Positions 60,966-64,000 of a stretch of 64,000 nt of DNA are shown piece after piece (the stretch's first letter is position 1; every line of letters starts with the position of its first letter). The notes under the pieces were generated by a model that saw only the letters and a list, made by a program, of their open reading frames with translations, had not been told where the DNA came from and did no database searches. Both the position numbers and the translations under genes were made by a program. This DNA is from Candidatus Thiodiazotropha sp. (GTDB lineage Bacteria > Pseudomonadota > Gammaproteobacteria > Chromatiales > Chromatiaceae). The DNA is taken from the NCBI GenBank assembly GCA_040506775.1, contig JBEVWC010000027.1, forward strand, positions 159,801 to 223,800, in the 5' to 3' direction.

Positions 60966-61307
60966 TTATTCTTTTCCCGGCAGCATCAATCCCTTGCATA
61001 GGTAGATCCTCCACTGTCGCTGCTCCTTAAGCGTCGCCAGGTGCGTGCTCTCCAGCACCTCCATCAACGACCCCAGCGACTCCACCGAGCTCGGATTGTC
61101 CGAAATCACTTCAATGACTTCACCCTCATGCAGCTGTTCCAGGGCTTTGATCGCCAGCATCTGAGGTCTTGGGCAACTGGCTCCAATGCAATCGATTGTG
61201 ATCGACACCGAAAACTCACCAATACCGGGCAGCGTGACTTGATAATCAACACAGCGACTCATGGCCGATTGGGGTCGACCCGGTCGTCTGAACCATTTCC
61301 AGAACAT
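60966..61307 (-). CDS. Second TusA-family protein with an N-terminal extension
   Basis: IDCIGASCPRP, GEVIEVISDNPSS; GGAGGAG RBS before ATG 61307. Confidence 0.85.
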   Translation of the reverse strand: MFWKWFRRPGRPQSAMSRCVDYQVTLPGIGEFSVSITIDCIGASCPRPQMLAIKALEQLHEGEVIEVISDNPSSVESLGSLMEVLESTHLATLKEQRQWRIYLCKGLMLPGKE

Positions 61308-61449
61308 CTTCTCCTCCACACAGCCGTTATCGCTGCGAGTCGTGTATGTCCCGTTGGCATCCGCTGATCTCATGGTTCTGATTTCGCCTACCCAATCTCT
61401 CCGCGAAACTTTGCAAACGCACGCATACGCATGCAGTCATATGCTAAAT

Positions 61450-61466
61450 AGCAGAGACCATGCCAA
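61450..61466 (-). promoter_or_regulatory. sigma54 -24/-12 promoter 1
   Basis: TTGG-CATGGTCTCT-GCT; AT-rich tract upstream, then several TTGCA motifs. Confidence 0.72.
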
Positions 61467-61783
61467 CTTAATATTTCTTTTAATACAGTTAGTTAGGAAA
61501 CACCCGATCGAAACCTGCATGGGCAAATTGCAATACGGGCCGATTCGGCGGGGGTAGAAAGGTATTTTGCAAACACCTCTGGAAAGCCGAATTCGTTGCA
61601 CAAGAATGAACACCTTTTGCAACCAGGTCCAGAGCAACTGAACAGGGTTCAGACCTTCTCAGATGCCCCGCCCCTGGGTTAAGCGGCATCGACAACGGTA
61701 GAAACAGAGCGGCCAACCGGTGCATCGCCCGGCGTTCAGGAGGTCGATAGTGAATTGTGGTAAATGAAGGGTTACCCGTACCT

Positions 61784-61884
61784 GTAGCCCGGGTGCAGCG
61801 AAGCGGTACCCGGGAAGTCTCCTCACGCTCCGGAACGCGCCCAACCAAATCCACCCGGGTTCCGCTGCGCTGCACCCGGGCTAC
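61784..61884. repeat. GTAG-family REP doublet (REPIN-like)
   Basis: REP variant at 61784-61814 and inverted canonical REP at 61854-61884. Confidence 0.9.
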
Positions 61885-61942
61885 TAGTGCTCTGGTTTAC
61901 TGAGTGATAGACGACTTCACAACTCCGGCGAACGAATCACCC

Positions 61943-64000
61943 TCATCTTCTCAAAAGGAGCTGTTCGTACCGACCAGCGCGTGATCGGTCATGGCGATTC
62001 CGATACAGCACCAACAACGCCAGGAGCAGCAGACTCCAAACCGTGACAGCACCGCCGCCACCGCCACCTGAGGAGGTGCCGGTATCCGCATCCCCATCTT
62101 CGGATGATGCGGCAAGCGTCACGCCGCCGGGATCCGAGATACCACCGTCCGTCTCTCCGTCCGCATCGTTGGGACCACCATCCTGCACGGTTAACTCAAC
62201 ACACCAGTCCCCCGGGTTCAACCCATCCACATAGGCACTGTCCCCCGGGGAGGGGCAATGTCCTTGAGATCCCCGGGCCGACTTGAGCGTATTGGCGCTA
62301 TCGACAATAAACTCCTGCCAAGCTGTGGGCATCTGTTTGCGATAGACCGCGTCAGCGGCAATCGGCTGTAATTGGGGAAGCACCACCTTCACGCTCGCAC
62401 CAACCCCGGCAATCCCTTCGATTCGAAAATCAAACAGCCCCGCTTCGTAGACATAGTCATCTGAATCCAATACGCCACCCTGCCCGCTCGCGATGTAATG
62501 CTCGATGTCGCTCACGCTAATCCCCGCGCCGCTGTGCTGATTGAAAAATGCCACATCGCCCAGACTCAGACTCAAACCCGGTTCCGTTTCGATGAGATAT
62601 TCCGTTGGACTTGCACTGCTCTGAGCCAGGACATTACCCGGCAAGCCATCAGGGTCCAGATAATCCACGATACCGTCTCCATCCTGATCGCCAGCACCTT
62701 CATCGAGATCGGAGATCCCATCGCCATCCTGGTCGCTTCCAGGCTCAAGCGCGGGGGCTTGATCCACAACAAGAAGCGTCAGTTCAGATCTTGCGAGCGC
62801 GGAACCGTCGCTAACCTGCACCCTTACCCGATACAACCCGGAGGCCATCTGCTCAGGATCGAGGGTCAGACTGCTTGGCTCATCGTCGATATCCTCCAAC
62901 AATACGTCAGTGCCGCTCCAGTCATAGGTATGGGTGTCATCCGCATTCAGATCCTCCACAGAGGCGCTGACCGTAACCGGACCGTTGGTCTTGGCCACGA
63001 TGCGGTGTACGGTCCCATTTTGTTCTGCGGCCAAGCTGACATCCGGTGCGAAATTCTCATTGCTTAAGGCAATGCGACAGGTTGGCTTCTCACCCAACAC
63101 CGCATTCGTGGGTTGATCCATGCTCAACAGCAGACTTTGGTACTCCGTTAAACGGGGCAGCATATAATCCGGTATGCGGATTGTGGGGGGCTGCTCTTTG
63201 CCATCGATTATCAGGACGTCATGACGTAGCGTGTGCTGAGTCTGGTCAGCGGCCAATACCGCACTCAGCGTATAGGGCACGCTAACAGGATATCGGGCCG
63301 GTGCGCCATTCATCAGCAGGGAACACTCGAACGGACCCGCCGGAGACGCGGCGCGGTCCCGGTCGAACTGAATGAGCGGATCGACTCGTACGATCTGGAT
63401 CGCCTCTCCCGAGCGAACCTCCCCATCATTGACCGACCAGGTGAGCAGATGCGTCCCGGGGACCAAATAGAGCCGGGTCGGATCAGAGGGCAGCGCCTGT
63501 TCGACGCCGTTGCTGACCAGACGCTTCAAATAGGTCTCCAACTCATCGCCCTGATCATCCTGGGCGGTCGCCCTACCCGCATCGACCTCGGTCAGCGTTC
63601 CGCTTGCGGGGCGGGTAAAGTCGTCCGGCGCGACCACCACCGGTTGTCCCGCGGACACAACCGGTCCCGTGTTGATCGCTTGCGGGACAAAATCACACCT
63701 CCCCGTGCCTCCCGAGCGATATTGGACAGTCGCCGAAATCAGGTGATTCACATCATCTACGGTCGGCACATAGGTGGTGCTGTTCGCGGCAACTAAAAAT
63801 CTGTTGTATGAGTATATAGGGGAAGCCCGTTCCCACAGAAAAGCCACCAAACAATCGTCCGCGAGATATAAACTGCTGGTATCGATGCTTAACACGGCAT
63901 CTTCGGCGACCGAACCTCGAAGGTAGATTGCGCCAACCGGCGTATCGTCGACGTTCACGACGGGATCCATCGTACGCAGCGAACTCAGCTGTTCCCGATT
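61943..64000 (-). CDS. Large cell-surface protein (5' end outside the window) with Ig-like repeats, TSP3-like Ca-binding repeats, a choice-of-anchor-U-like domain and GlyGly-CTERM
   Basis: Frame open to the window edge; DQDGDGISD/DQDGDGIVDYLD; CVELTVQDGGPNDADG; GGGGGAVTVWSLLLLALLVLYRNR tail. Confidence 0.85.
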   Translation of the reverse strand, partial: NREQLSSLRTMDPVVNVDDTPVGAIYLRGSVAEDAVLSIDTSSLYLADDCLVAFLWERASPIYSYNRFLVAANSTTYVPTVDDVNHLISATVQYRSGGTGRCDFVPQAINTGPVVSAGQPVVVAPDDFTRPASGTLTEVDAGRATAQDDQGDELETYLKRLVSNGVEQALPSDPTRLYLVPGTHLLTWSVNDGEVRSGEAIQIVRVDPLIQFDRDRAASPAGPFECSLLMNGAPARYPVSVPYTLSAVLAADQTQHTLRHDVLIIDGKEQPPTIRIPDYMLPRLTEYQSLLLSMDQPTNAVLGEKPTCRIALSNENFAPDVSLAAEQNGTVHRIVAKTNGPVTVSASVEDLNADDTHTYDWSGTDVLLEDIDDEPSSLTLDPEQMASGLYRVRVQVSDGSALARSELTLLVVDQAPALEPGSDQDGDGISDLDEGAGDQDGDGIVDYLDPDGLPGNVLAQSSASPTEYLIETEPGLSLSLGDVAFFNQHSGAGISVSDIEHYIASGQGGVLDSDDYVYEAGLFDFRIEGIAGVGASVKVVLPQLQPIAADAVYRKQMPTAWQEFIVDSANTLKSARGSQGHCPSPGDSAYVDGLNPGDWCVELTVQDGGPNDADGETDGGISDPGGVTLAASSEDGDADTGTSSGGGGGGAVTVWSLLLLALLVLYRNRHDRSRAGRYEQLLLRR

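Noticed and set aside
50202-61373. Selenocysteine read-through in the sulfur cluster, by analogy with Geobacter ExtKL
   Set aside because: All TGA stops fall at natural C-termini; none interrupts a domain at a Cys-equivalent position.
446-61875. Numerous long antisense or alternate-frame ORFs, e.g. 1214-2062, 7754-8980, 9924-10910, 30378-31313, 43050-44567, 46161-47834, 57163-58047
   Set aside because: They overlap well-supported genes, lack motifs and are the shadow ORFs expected in GC-rich coding DNA.
1-64000. tRNA or rRNA genes
   Set aside because: No cloverleaf with T-loop GTTCRA and D-loop signatures, and no rRNA-like conserved segments noticed.

Overview
Bacterial chromosomal window, about 55-60% GC by eye. 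A gammaproteobacterium is likely given the guaB/xseA synteny; a sulfur-metabolising lineage is only an inference from gene content. Left to right: a cytochrome bo3 quinol oxidase operon (cyoABCD); a truncated RAYT-type transposase with two tandem 98-bp TIR-bounded palindromes; a hydrolase/LysR pair; a CzcCBA/CusCBA-type RND metal efflux operon with a PepSY protein and an OmpR-type two-component system; NADAR; a PlpD-like patatin autotransporter; a PAS kinase/receiver/GGDEF-EAL signalling block; DsbA-like, aldo-keto reductase, SulP and DUF genes. Next comes an ~8-kb AT-richer island in the guaA 3' end. It is bounded by a second, synonymously diverged copy of the last guaA codons, has no integrase, and carries a RAYT with a palindrome embedded in frame, a papain-like protease, a 1021-aa secreted orphan and a lipase fusion. 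Then guaA-guaB, a GGDEF/degenerate-EAL gene wedged between guaB and xseA, and GTAG-type REP doublets. An ~11-kb minus-strand sulfur-relay cluster follows: TusA, YeeE/YedE, TusA, DsrE-like, two small conserved proteins, a tandem-rhodanese lipoprotein with a SoxY-like CGG tail, penta- and tri-heme cytochromes c, a porin and a sigma54 two-component system, with three matching -24/-12 promoters. The window ends in the 3' part of a large GlyGly-CTERM surface protein. The best candidates for undescribed biology are the sigma54-controlled YTD+Ext-like sulfur cluster and the guaA island with its RAYT/palindrome system. All family calls come from motif recognition by eye; no searches were run.
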